This document shows, piece by piece, positions 48,839 through 56,883 of a stretch of 64,000 nucleotides of DNA (the first letter of the stretch is position 1; the number at the start of each line of letters is the position of its first letter). The position numbers and the translations under genes are program-made. Where the stretch lies: positions 8,849-72,848 of IMG/VR virus record IMGVR_UViG_3300033150_001583; one strand, 5' to 3'. The notes beneath the pieces are model-generated. The model did not search any database. It was not told where the DNA came from and worked only from the letters and a program-made list of their open reading frames with translations. Source of the stretch: a virus.

Positions 48839-48865
48839 AAAAATTTCGCGGGTATAAAAGGAGGA

Positions 48866-49081
48866 ATGATTATGAGAGATTTAATGATTGGCTTTATAGC
48901 ATTAGTAATAGTTTTGTTGTTGGATAGTTTATTGGTGATGCTGTGTTGGAATGAACTACTTCCCTATCTTTTTGGTTTGCCCAAAATAAGTTTTTTAAAG
49001 TCTATGGTTTTGGTTATATTATGCAATATTTTATTCAAGAGGAGAATGTTAGAATCTGATTCAAATAAAAATAAAAATTAA
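48866..49081 (+). CDS. Small membrane protein
   Basis: Two hydrophobic segments; AGGAGG RBS. Confidence 0.6.
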   Translation: MIMRDLMIGFIALVIVLLLDSLLVMLCWNELLPYLFGLPKISFLKSMVLVILCNILFKRRMLESDSNKNKN

Positions 49082-49094
49082 CTTTAAATTATAC

Positions 49095-49122
49095 TTGACA
49101 CTAGATATACAGTTGCTATAAT
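49095..49122 (+). promoter_or_regulatory. sigmaA promoter upstream of cas12f
   Basis: TTGACA (49095)-16 nt-TATAAT (49117) with extended -10 TG; same architecture as the 44269 promoter. Confidence 0.8.
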
Positions 49123-49230
49123 TAGAGTTGCGAAAATGATATGGAATAGACTTTAAGTAATATGTAAATGGAATTCATTTTGGGGTTTTGCTAGGGGGCG
49201 GTAAGGATTAGTAAGGAAATCACGCAATGC

Positions 49231-50457
49231 GTGGGTGCGGTGATTAAGAGACCTTTAGATGTCGAATGGGAAGAATTTGGTAAAGTATTACATGATTTAA
49301 GGTTTAAGACCGTACTTGCCTGTAATTATACCATACAACTCTATTGGGAGTGGGATAAAGAAAAGTTTAAATATAAGGAAGAATACGGCAATTTTCCAAG
49401 TGAAAAAGATGTTTTCGGAATGACTTTTAGAAATTATGTTTATCATAAGTTGAGAGAAAAATTTTCAGAAGTAAGTTCAGCTAATATATCACAGATACAG
49501 CAAGCTGCAATGAAGTTGTGGAAGAAAGAATTGCCAGAAATTCGAAAATTAAAGGCTTCTGTTCCAAGTGTTAAGTTGGGTTATCCTATACTTGTATATA
49601 ATAAAAACTATGAAATTAGAAGAAATAAAGAAGGTAGATTTGTAGTTAAATTGACTTTATATAGCAAAGAGAAAGAAAAAACGAGATTTGAAATTCTTTT
49701 AGATAAGCTGGATAAGTCTAAAAAAGCCATATTAGATAGAATTATATCGGGTGAATATAAACAAGGCGTATTACAAATAAGACAAATAAAAAAAAAGAAG
49801 AAAAAGAAATGGATGTGTATCTTTTCTTATTCCTTTGTTCCAGATAAGAGACATGAATTTATTAAGGATAGAGTAATGGGAATTGATTTAGGTATTAATT
49901 ATACTGCCTATTGTGCTCTTAATGATGATCCTAAGCCGAGATATCCTTATAAAGGGGGTGAGATTAAAGAGTTTAATAGAAGATTGAAAAAGAGAAAAAT
50001 TAGCATTCAGAAATCAGGCGGGAAAACAGGACATGGCCGAAAGCGCAAATTACTTCCTGTGGAAATTTTTTCAGGGCGGATAAAAAATTATAGAAACACA
50101 ATAAATCATAAGATAGCTAAACGAATAGTTGATAAAGCTTTAAAATTCAAGGTAGCTAAAATTCATTTAGAAGACTTATCTGAGATAGGTGAAGACACAG
50201 GTAATACTTCATTCTTTTTAGAAAACTGGCCTTATTATGATTTACAGCAAAAAATAAAGTATAAAGCCGAAAGAGAAGGTATTGAGGTGTGTTTCATAGA
50301 CCCTAAAAATACTTCTATTAAATGTTCGAAATGTGGATATATAGACAAAGAAAATAGAGATAAAGAGAAATTCAAGTGTAAGAAATGTGGTTTTGAGGCT
50401 CATGCTGATTATAATGCTGCTAGAAATATAGCTATGAGTGTTGATTATGTGAGTTAA
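49231..50457 (+). CDS. cas12f: Cas12f (type V-F) / TnpB-superfamily RNA-guided nuclease
   Basis: RuvC-I MGIDLG, RuvC-II IHLEDL, Zn finger CSKC/CKKC, RuvC-III HADYNAARNI. N-terminus 'IKRPLDVEWEEFGKVLHDL' resembles AsCas12f1 as recalled. Adjacent tracr-like RNA and array. The true start may be upstream, e.g. ATT at 49207. Confidence 0.85.
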   Translation: MGAVIKRPLDVEWEEFGKVLHDLRFKTVLACNYTIQLYWEWDKEKFKYKEEYGNFPSEKDVFGMTFRNYVYHKLREKFSEVSSANISQIQQAAMKLWKKELPEIRKLKASVPSVKLGYPILVYNKNYEIRRNKEGRFVVKLTLYSKEKEKTRFEILLDKLDKSKKAILDRIISGEYKQGVLQIRQIKKKKKKKWMCIFSYSFVPDKRHEFIKDRVMGIDLGINYTAYCALNDDPKPRYPYKGGEIKEFNRRLKKRKISIQKSGGKTGHGRKRKLLPVEIFSGRIKNYRNTINHKIAKRIVDKALKFKVAKIHLEDLSEIGEDTGNTSFFLENWPYYDLQQKIKYKAEREGIEVCFIDPKNTSIKCSKCGYIDKENRDKEKFKCKKCGFEAHADYNAARNIAMSVDYVS

Positions 50458-50460
50458 AAT

Positions 50461-50615
50461 TAAATACCAGGGCGATTTCACGTCCTGAAGGTGAGAAGTG
50501 TCATATCCTTGCAGTGACATGATAACGCTCACCAAGCCTAAAAAATCCCTTGCTATACGAGGCGCAGGGGCACCCTAATACTAATACAGATTGACGACAT
50601 TTTTTGTTGTTTTGA
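50461..50615 (+). ncRNA. tracrRNA-like structured RNA (copy 1)
   Basis: Stems GGGCG/CGTCC, GTGAG/CTCAC, CCCTTGC/GCAGGGG; CACCC complementary to GGGTG of the repeat; terminal hairpin plus U-tract; a second diverged copy at 56313 shows covariation. Confidence 0.8.
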
Positions 50616-50654
50616 GGATTTATAATCCTTGAGAATACTAGATTTCGAAATGGG

Positions 50655-50863
50655 GTTTCTAATAAGGCTATATCGGGTGGAAACGCGGCCAGCTTGAACC
50701 AACCATCAGTCAATGCTAGAGTTTCTAATAAGGCTATATCGGGTGGAAACGTAGAAGTGGCAGATGAGTGGGACATAGTACAGATTGGTTTCTAATAAGG
50801 TTATGTTGGGTGGAAACAGCAATGTTGTTGATTAAATAGAGTTCGTTTATGTGGGGTGGAAGC
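50655..50863 (+). CRISPR. Mini CRISPR array: three 30-bp repeats plus one truncated repeat
   Basis: GTTTCTAATAAGGCTATATCGGGTGGAAAC at 50655 and 50721 (identical) and 50788 (3 mismatches); spacers of 36 and 37 bp; degenerate 3' half-repeat at 50847-50863. Confidence 0.92.
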
Positions 50864-50948
50864 AACAGACAATAGAACAAAATATAGATGTAGTTAAAGT
50901 ATTTCTGAAGAAATTATACAGGATGGGAACATGTGGTGAGGCAGAAAA

Positions 50949-52037
50949 ATGTCAAAAAGAAGACATTTTTTAGAAATAAAGCAGATAATAGAACAAAATA
51001 TAGACGTAGTTAAAGTTTTGGAGTTTTATGGCGCAAGAAAAATTAAAAAATTTCCATCTGGCATACGTTGTTGCTGTCCATTGCACGATGGTGATAACTA
51101 CACGTCTTTTTATTTTAATACAGACACCATGACGTGGTATTGTTTTTCACGAAATTGCGGGGAAGGTATATCTAAAGACATTTTCGGCTTTGTCTATCTC
51201 GCGCAGAAAAAAATCGCAGGGAAAAGAGCAACATTAAAAGACGTAATATCAATTTTGCTTTCATTCTGCAATATCAATATAACCCTTGATGAAATAGATT
51301 TCTCCTATAACAAAGAACTTTACGACGCAGTAGACAATACTAACTTTATTAAAACAGTTAAATCGGATAAAGATACACACATTGATTTAGAAACGCTTAA
51401 TTATGATACTATTGCTCCTTTTTATAAAGAAGAACCATCGTACCTGTATACAAGAGGATACAGTAGAAAAATTATAAGTGTGTTTTCTATAGGTTTTTCT
51501 AGATACGGCATTAATGAAAAACACAAAATTAAAGATGATTTTCCAGGCAGAGTTATAGTTCCCGTGGAGCATTTAGATAATTCTTTAGTTGGTCTAAGTG
51601 GAAGACTTGCTACTGACAACAAAGAATTAATTAATAAATACGGCAAATACAGACATTTAGTTGACTTTCAAAAAGGGGCCGTACTCTATAATTTAAATCG
51701 AGCTTTGCCTTATATCAAGAGAGAGAAAAGTGTTATTTTTGTAGAAGGTTTTTTTGATGTGATGAGACTCTATACTTTTAGAGTAAGAAATGTAGTATCA
51801 CTGATGGGAACCTCCCTAACTAAATATCAAAGAAGCTTAATATTACCCTATGTTGAGAATGTATATCTTATGTTAGATTCTGATGAAGGAGGTGAGAAAG
51901 GAACTAAAAGAGTTGCGAAACAGTTAAAGGGATTGTGCAATATCTATCGTATTCCTCTTCCCTGCGGGAAAGACCCTGATGACTTATCTTTAAAAGAATT
52001 TTGGTTGAGTTTTGGAAGGGCAAAAAAAATAGTTTAA
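50949..52037 (+). CDS. dnaG: DNA primase (CHC2 zinc finger plus Toprim)
   Basis: 'CCCPLHDG...WYCFS..C', 'FPGRVIVP', 'FVEGFFDV', 'LMLDSDEGG', 'GKDPD'. Confidence 0.9.
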   Translation: MSKRRHFLEIKQIIEQNIDVVKVLEFYGARKIKKFPSGIRCCCPLHDGDNYTSFYFNTDTMTWYCFSRNCGEGISKDIFGFVYLAQKKIAGKRATLKDVISILLSFCNINITLDEIDFSYNKELYDAVDNTNFIKTVKSDKDTHIDLETLNYDTIAPFYKEEPSYLYTRGYSRKIISVFSIGFSRYGINEKHKIKDDFPGRVIVPVEHLDNSLVGLSGRLATDNKELINKYGKYRHLVDFQKGAVLYNLNRALPYIKREKSVIFVEGFFDVMRLYTFRVRNVVSLMGTSLTKYQRSLILPYVENVYLMLDSDEGGEKGTKRVAKQLKGLCNIYRIPLPCGKDPDDLSLKEFWLSFGRAKKIV

Positions 52038-52046
52038 GGGGGTTTA

Positions 52047-52430
52047 TTGATGGCGCGGAAAACCAAAAAGCGTAATGGAAGGAGAAGTAATGGAAGGAGA
52101 AGAGGACAAAGGAAAACTTATGATTTCAAGGGAATTAACGAGTGTTATTTACAAGGAGCTTTAGTTAATCCAGAATTTAGGGAAGGCAAAAATACTGACT
52201 TTTTTATAGCAAGTTTAGAAATACCGCCGACAGACGGAGAAAAATATCCTACTTACGTGAACATTAAGGCTTTTGATGAAGACATATTAAGTATATTAGA
52301 AGAATACGAAGAAGGCGATGTTTTGCATTGTATGGGAAGATTTAACGTATATAAAGCAGGGAAGACTTATTATTATTCTTTTATTGTTGAAGAAATTTAT
52401 GATCCAGAAGAAGACGAAGAGGATGAGTAA
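52047..52430 (+). CDS. ssb: Single-stranded DNA-binding protein
   Basis: 'INECYLQGAL...PEFR' OB-fold start and acidic C-terminal tail. Confidence 0.7.
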   Translation: MMARKTKKRNGRRSNGRRRGQRKTYDFKGINECYLQGALVNPEFREGKNTDFFIASLEIPPTDGEKYPTYVNIKAFDEDILSILEEYEEGDVLHCMGRFNVYKAGKTYYYSFIVEEIYDPEEDEEDE

Positions 52431-52432
52431 AG

Positions 52433-53728
52433 GTGCCTATAGCTGAAGAAACTTTGTTAGTGACTAGAAAGGGCATACTCCCTTTTTCTGCTTTTATTAA
52501 AGATAAACAACATAGGAGAGATATTTTATATCCTGTTGGGCGAGATATGTTTATCAGAGCTTTAAATAATTATGAGACTACATTTGAGGGATACCTGTTT
52601 TTTGGCAAAGGAGAAGCTATCAGAATAACAACATTAACTGGTTATTCTGTTATTGCTTCTCCTGATCAAAGGGTAAGAATTGTTAATTCTACTGGAAATT
52701 ATAGCTGGAGGCGCATGGAAAGTTTACAGGGTGGCGATTGGGTTGTCTTACAGATGAATTCTTATCCTGATTATGTTGATGATTTTTCACCGACTTTGTT
52801 AAAAGAGCCTTTAGATGATGAAGACATGGTTTTGCCTACAAGATTAACACAAGAGTTGGCAGAGTGGCTTGGATATTTTTTATTCAGGGGGATTCTTTTT
52901 TACCCCGAAAAAGATAAAAAGGCTCAAATTGGGTTTATATATAGCAACGAAAAAATAAAAAATTATCTGATAGGTTTAACGGCAAAACTTTTTGGGATAA
53001 GTGATTATGAGAAAATAGAAGGATTGGGTCTTCATAGTGCAGGTGCATTTGGTTATCAGTCCAATACACTGTTTAAGTGGCTGATTAGCGTTGGGTTATT
53101 AGGTTCTGAAGGTATTCCTCAAATTCCCTCTCTCATTTTTCGCGGGGGAAGAAAGATGATATATCCATTTTTGAGGGGAGCTTTTTCAGCCTGTTGTTTA
53201 GTAGAAGAATTGAAAAATAAGAGAGTTATTAAGTTGTATTCTCCTTATATTGACTTGATTCGAGAATTACAGATACTCTTACTTTCAATTGGTATTCCAA
53301 CAATAATAAATACTTCTATTCAGGATTCTGATTACTTATTTACTCTATATGTAATAACTAAAAAGGGACTTAAGAACTTTAGAGACAATATTGGTTTTTT
53401 TGATTCGCCTTTAAGCAATGCTTTAGAGGAGATAAATTTACTCAATTATGCACCAGAGAAAAAAATCGGGGGGCTAAGAGAAATATATGAGGAAGACCCT
53501 AAAAACTTAAAGAGTAGAAGCCAAACCGATATACTTAGGATTAAAAGGTTATTCACAGATGTAAGAGTGATGACACTTTCTAAAACATTAATTTGTGAAG
53601 TATTTAATGAGAATCATCTGTATGACCAAGTAATTTCAATCGAAAAAACCAAAGCAAAGCTTTATGAACCGAGATTAATTGGCAAAAGAAGCTTTGTGGG
53701 TAATGGATTTGTATTTTTTGTTGAGTAA
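52433..53728 (+). CDS. Free-standing intein-like protein (Hint-N, LAGLIDADG, Hint-C) with degenerate catalytic motifs
   Basis: Block A-like 'PIAEETLLVTRKG', block B-like 'VIASPDQRV', LAGLIDADG-like 'LAEWLGYFLFRG' and 'FLRGAFSACC', block F/G-like 'LYEPRLIGKRSFVGNGFVFF'; no extein on either side. Confidence 0.75.
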   Translation: MPIAEETLLVTRKGILPFSAFIKDKQHRRDILYPVGRDMFIRALNNYETTFEGYLFFGKGEAIRITTLTGYSVIASPDQRVRIVNSTGNYSWRRMESLQGGDWVVLQMNSYPDYVDDFSPTLLKEPLDDEDMVLPTRLTQELAEWLGYFLFRGILFYPEKDKKAQIGFIYSNEKIKNYLIGLTAKLFGISDYEKIEGLGLHSAGAFGYQSNTLFKWLISVGLLGSEGIPQIPSLIFRGGRKMIYPFLRGAFSACCLVEELKNKRVIKLYSPYIDLIRELQILLLSIGIPTIINTSIQDSDYLFTLYVITKKGLKNFRDNIGFFDSPLSNALEEINLLNYAPEKKIGGLREIYEEDPKNLKSRSQTDILRIKRLFTDVRVMTLSKTLICEVFNENHLYDQVISIEKTKAKLYEPRLIGKRSFVGNGFVFFVE

Positions 53729-53739
53729 GGAGGGTAATT

Positions 53740-53970
53740 ATGAAAGGTCTTACTGAAGAAAGGCTTAGGTTTATACGTGCTGCCTGTCAAGAACATTGTG
53801 TTTTTTGCCCTGATGTTGATATATGTACTAACTTGCCAGATATACCACCAGATGCAACAAGAGATATAGAGGAGAAGATACTTAAGAAATTTGAGGATAA
53901 TTTAAGAGAAAATACTCTTTGTGGCTTTCTTTCTAAATTAATGGATGAGGCGAATAAAGATGAAATTTAG
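53740..53970 (+). CDS. Small Cys-containing hypothetical protein
   Basis: AGGAGGG RBS; C..HC..C...C pattern. Confidence 0.5.
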   Translation: MKGLTEERLRFIRAACQEHCVFCPDVDICTNLPDIPPDATRDIEEKILKKFEDNLRENTLCGFLSKLMDEANKDEI

Positions 53971-54400
53971 ACTTGGAGGATTAAACACTACAATCAATGA
54001 TACGGACACCCCTGGATTGACTTTAAGCGTGTTTTTTCAGGGGTGTTCAAGACATTGTTATAACTGCCACAATCCTGAGTTGTGGGATCATGATGGTGGT
54101 CGTGAAGCTGATACAGACGAAATAATTTCGCGGGTAAAAAATAATCGGGATTGGTATGATTCAGTTGCATTAATGGGTGGAGAACCGCTTGAACAACCCG
54201 AAGCCTTAAGAGATTTACTGAAAAAACTAAATGAATTAGATATTGAAGTATGGTTGTATACTGGTTTTGATTATGAGGAAATTCCAGAAGATATAGTAAG
54301 GTTGTGCGATGTAATAATAGCGGGGGCTTATGTGGATGAACTAAAGACAAATTCGTTTCCCGCCTCTTCTAATCAACAAGTCATAGATAGGAGGCGATAA
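53960..54400 (+). CDS. nrdG: Anaerobic ribonucleotide reductase activating enzyme
   Basis: 'FFQGCSRHCYNCHNPE', 'GGEPL', 'SSNQ'; adjacent to nrdD. Confidence 0.9.
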   Translation: MKFRLGGLNTTINDTDTPGLTLSVFFQGCSRHCYNCHNPELWDHDGGREADTDEIISRVKNNRDWYDSVALMGGEPLEQPEALRDLLKKLNELDIEVWLYTGFDYEEIPEDIVRLCDVIIAGAYVDELKTNSFPASSNQQVIDRRR

Positions 54401-54405
54401 TATAT

Positions 54406-56289
54406 ATGCAACTAAGAGCAACTTTTGAGCCAGAATTTGATTACTTGTACGAGCAATTTAAAAACACTAAATATGGAAAAGAACTTTTAGATTTAGAAGG
54501 GGTAAGCTTAGATAAAACAGATGTAGGTTTGATGTCTTATAACTATTTTACAAAAGATGTCCAAGATATGACCGTTGACCAAAATGCCAATGCAAATGAA
54601 GATAAATGCCCCAACAATTACAGTGCTGAAATTACCAAAGGAATTTTAAAACTTGAAGGTCATTATCTTTTGTGGAGGTATGCTAAGAAGCGTTTTGGAA
54701 TACATAGGGCGAATCAGATGATGCGTTCTCTTTGGAAGGGTGATTTGTATTTTCATGATTCGTCAGGAAGTAACATCCAAAAGCCGTACTGCGTTGCGTT
54801 CAGTACAGCCCATATAATGAATGATGGTCGTAGGTATGGGCAACTGCACTCTTTGCCACCTAAGAGAGCTGATTCTTTTATTGCTCAGGTAATTGAAAGT
54901 ACGATGGACTTATCACAAGAATTCGCGGGGGCCTTAGCCCCAGCCGATATGATAGTTAATTATTGTTATTATGCCAAAAAAGAAAATTTATCGGAGTATA
55001 AGATTAAGAATGATTTTCAGAAGTTTATTCATGTTGTTAATAATAAGTTTAGACTGGGGTCAGAAAGCCCTTTTACAAATATTTCATTATTTTGTCGAGA
55101 AAATCTTAAAAAAGTTTTTGGTGACTACGTATATCCAGATGGTAGTAAGCCTGATTTTGAATATATAATGAAAGTCCAAAAAATTTTTGGGGAAATAATG
55201 GCAAAAGGAGATCCAGCAACAGGGCTTGCATATAGATTTCCTGTTACTACAGTAAATTTGATGGTTGATGAAAATAATGAAATTCTTGATAAAGATTTTT
55301 TGGAATGGACTTGCAGTAACAATATAGACAAGGCTTGTTTTAATATTTATGTAAATGATGGTGAGAAGCTCTGTTCTTGTTGTAGATTAACAAACAACAT
55401 GGAAGAAATGCGTAAAAAACGAGCTGATACTTTTGGCAATGGTGGAGTTTCGATTGGGAGCCATCGTGTTGTAACAATTAACCTGCCCCGCATTGCACGA
55501 CAAGCTCAAACAAGAGAAGAATTTTATAGATTGCTCGATAATCGACTGGAGATTGCAAGAGACTTTTTGTTAGTGCACAGAGAAGAAATTTTAAATCGCA
55601 GAATTAAACAAGGTTTTCTCAAGTTTTTTGAGCCACTTAAATGGTTTAATCAAAGTATGTTTTTCAGCACTATTGGAATTACAGGTATATATGAAATGAA
55701 TAAATTTGCGGGGTTCGATATAAACACCAAAGAAGGCCAAGAGTTTACTGAAGAAGTTTTAAGGTATATCAACAACAAAGCTGATGAGTTTTATGAACAA
55801 ACAGGTTGGGCCTTTAATGTTGAAGAAATTCCTGCTGAATCGGCTGCTGTAACACTTGCTAAAAAAGACAAAATAATTTTTGGCGATAATCCATTTGAGC
55901 TATATTCGAACCAGTACTTCCCTCTTATTGCTGATGTTGATATTATTGATCGAATTGAAGTTACAGGTAAATTCATGGAATTAACTTCAGGTGGCGGAAT
56001 TTTACATTTAAATATTGAAGAACAAATAACCGATCCTGAAAAAATGAAGTTCTTGATTAAACAGTGTGTAAAACATGGTGTAACTCATTTTGCAATCAAT
56101 TACGGCTATATTATCTGCAAGGGATGTGGTGAAGTTACTGTCGGTGGTAACGCTAAAAGCTGCCCCAAATGTGGTAGTAAAGATATTGATTACATGACGA
56201 GGGTAATTGGGTACTATTCTATCGTGTCTAAATGGAATCCTGTAAGAAGAAATTATGAATTTCCGAATAGAAAATTTAAGAAGATATAA
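54406..56289 (+). CDS. nrdD: Anaerobic (class III) ribonucleoside-triphosphate reductase
   Basis: 'YFHD', 'PYC', 'CSCCRL', 'E.PAES', C-terminal zinc CxxC...CPKC and 'TRVIGYY' glycyl-radical motif. Confidence 0.92.
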   Translation: MQLRATFEPEFDYLYEQFKNTKYGKELLDLEGVSLDKTDVGLMSYNYFTKDVQDMTVDQNANANEDKCPNNYSAEITKGILKLEGHYLLWRYAKKRFGIHRANQMMRSLWKGDLYFHDSSGSNIQKPYCVAFSTAHIMNDGRRYGQLHSLPPKRADSFIAQVIESTMDLSQEFAGALAPADMIVNYCYYAKKENLSEYKIKNDFQKFIHVVNNKFRLGSESPFTNISLFCRENLKKVFGDYVYPDGSKPDFEYIMKVQKIFGEIMAKGDPATGLAYRFPVTTVNLMVDENNEILDKDFLEWTCSNNIDKACFNIYVNDGEKLCSCCRLTNNMEEMRKKRADTFGNGGVSIGSHRVVTINLPRIARQAQTREEFYRLLDNRLEIARDFLLVHREEILNRRIKQGFLKFFEPLKWFNQSMFFSTIGITGIYEMNKFAGFDINTKEGQEFTEEVLRYINNKADEFYEQTGWAFNVEEIPAESAAVTLAKKDKIIFGDNPFELYSNQYFPLIADVDIIDRIEVTGKFMELTSGGGILHLNIEEQITDPEKMKFLIKQCVKHGVTHFAINYGYIICKGCGEVTVGGNAKSCPKCGSKDIDYMTRVIGYYSIVSKWNPVRRNYEFPNRKFKKI

Positions 56290-56312
56290 GGAGGTGATGA
56301 GCAATAGATAAT

Positions 56313-56470
56313 TAGATACTAGGGCGATTCCGCGTCCTAAAAGTGAGAAGTGCTATATCCTTACAATGGTATAGTGGCACTCACTAAGCCTTAAAAATCC
56401 TTCGCTATGCGAGGCGCGAAGGCATTCCACATTATTAAAAATCGACGACATTTTTTGTTGTTTTGGAAGT
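56313..56470 (+). ncRNA. Second, orphan tracrRNA-like copy
   Basis: Colinear with 50461-50615 along its length, with conserved stems and compensatory changes; no cas gene adjacent. Confidence 0.8.
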
Positions 56471-56504
56471 TTGTGAACCTTGAAAATAGCTAACTTCATG
56501 GTGG

Positions 56505-56535
56505 GTTCTGGAGTAAACTATGTGGAATGGGAAAT
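56505..56535 (+). CRISPR. Solitary diverged CRISPR repeat followed by a putative guide
   Basis: GTTCTGGAGTAAACTATGTGGAATGGGAAAT sits at the position equivalent to repeat 1 of the main array; its ATGTGGAATG pairs with CATTCCACAT in the copy-2 tracr. Confidence 0.65.
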
Positions 56536-56580
56536 GGTTATTAATTGGAATACATTTGAATTCTATTAGGAGGGGTTTGA

Positions 56581-56820
56581 TTGGATGTAAACGAGGTTTT
56601 TATTAATTGTTGGGTGTGGAAGGCAGTTTTGAGTTTTATAGGGCTTTATGTTTTTATCTTTGGTTTTGCTGCTTTGGGCGCAGTATCTGATAAGCCTATT
56701 TTATCTGCTACTTCTATATCAATTGCGTGGCTATGCAGTATAGGAGCTTGGGTGGTGGGGATTATAACTTTATTTTTATTAATCGCTAAAATTTTACTAT
56801 GGTTGGGGGTTTTGTATTAG
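56581..56820 (+). CDS. Small membrane protein
   Basis: AGGAGGGG RBS; two hydrophobic helices. Confidence 0.6.
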   Translation: MDVNEVFINCWVWKAVLSFIGLYVFIFGFAALGAVSDKPILSATSISIAWLCSIGAWVVGIITLFLLIAKILLWLGVLY

Positions 56821-56828
56821 AAGTTTCT

Positions 56829-56860
56829 CCCCCTCCCTACCCTACCCTCCCCTACCCTAC
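56829..56860 (-). repeat. Intergenic G-run tandem repeat (GGGTA-like)
   Basis: + strand CCCCCTCCCTACCCTACCCTCCCCTACCCTAC: six C-runs of 3 or more. Confidence 0.8.
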
Positions 56861-56883
56861 TATAAAAATAAATTAATTAAGGA

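Noticed and set aside
49231-50457. IS200/IS605 transposon (TnpB)
   Set aside because: No tnpA or recognisable IS ends; the adjacent repeat-spacer array and tracr-like RNA favour Cas12f.
50501-50776. 91-aa minus-strand ORF with a repeated 'FPPDIALLET' motif
   Set aside because: It is the translation of the CRISPR repeats and tracr region, not a protein.
50685-50787. Self-targets for spacers 1 and 2 within the window
   Set aside because: No match noticed by eye; a computational search of both strands and of the full genome is still needed.
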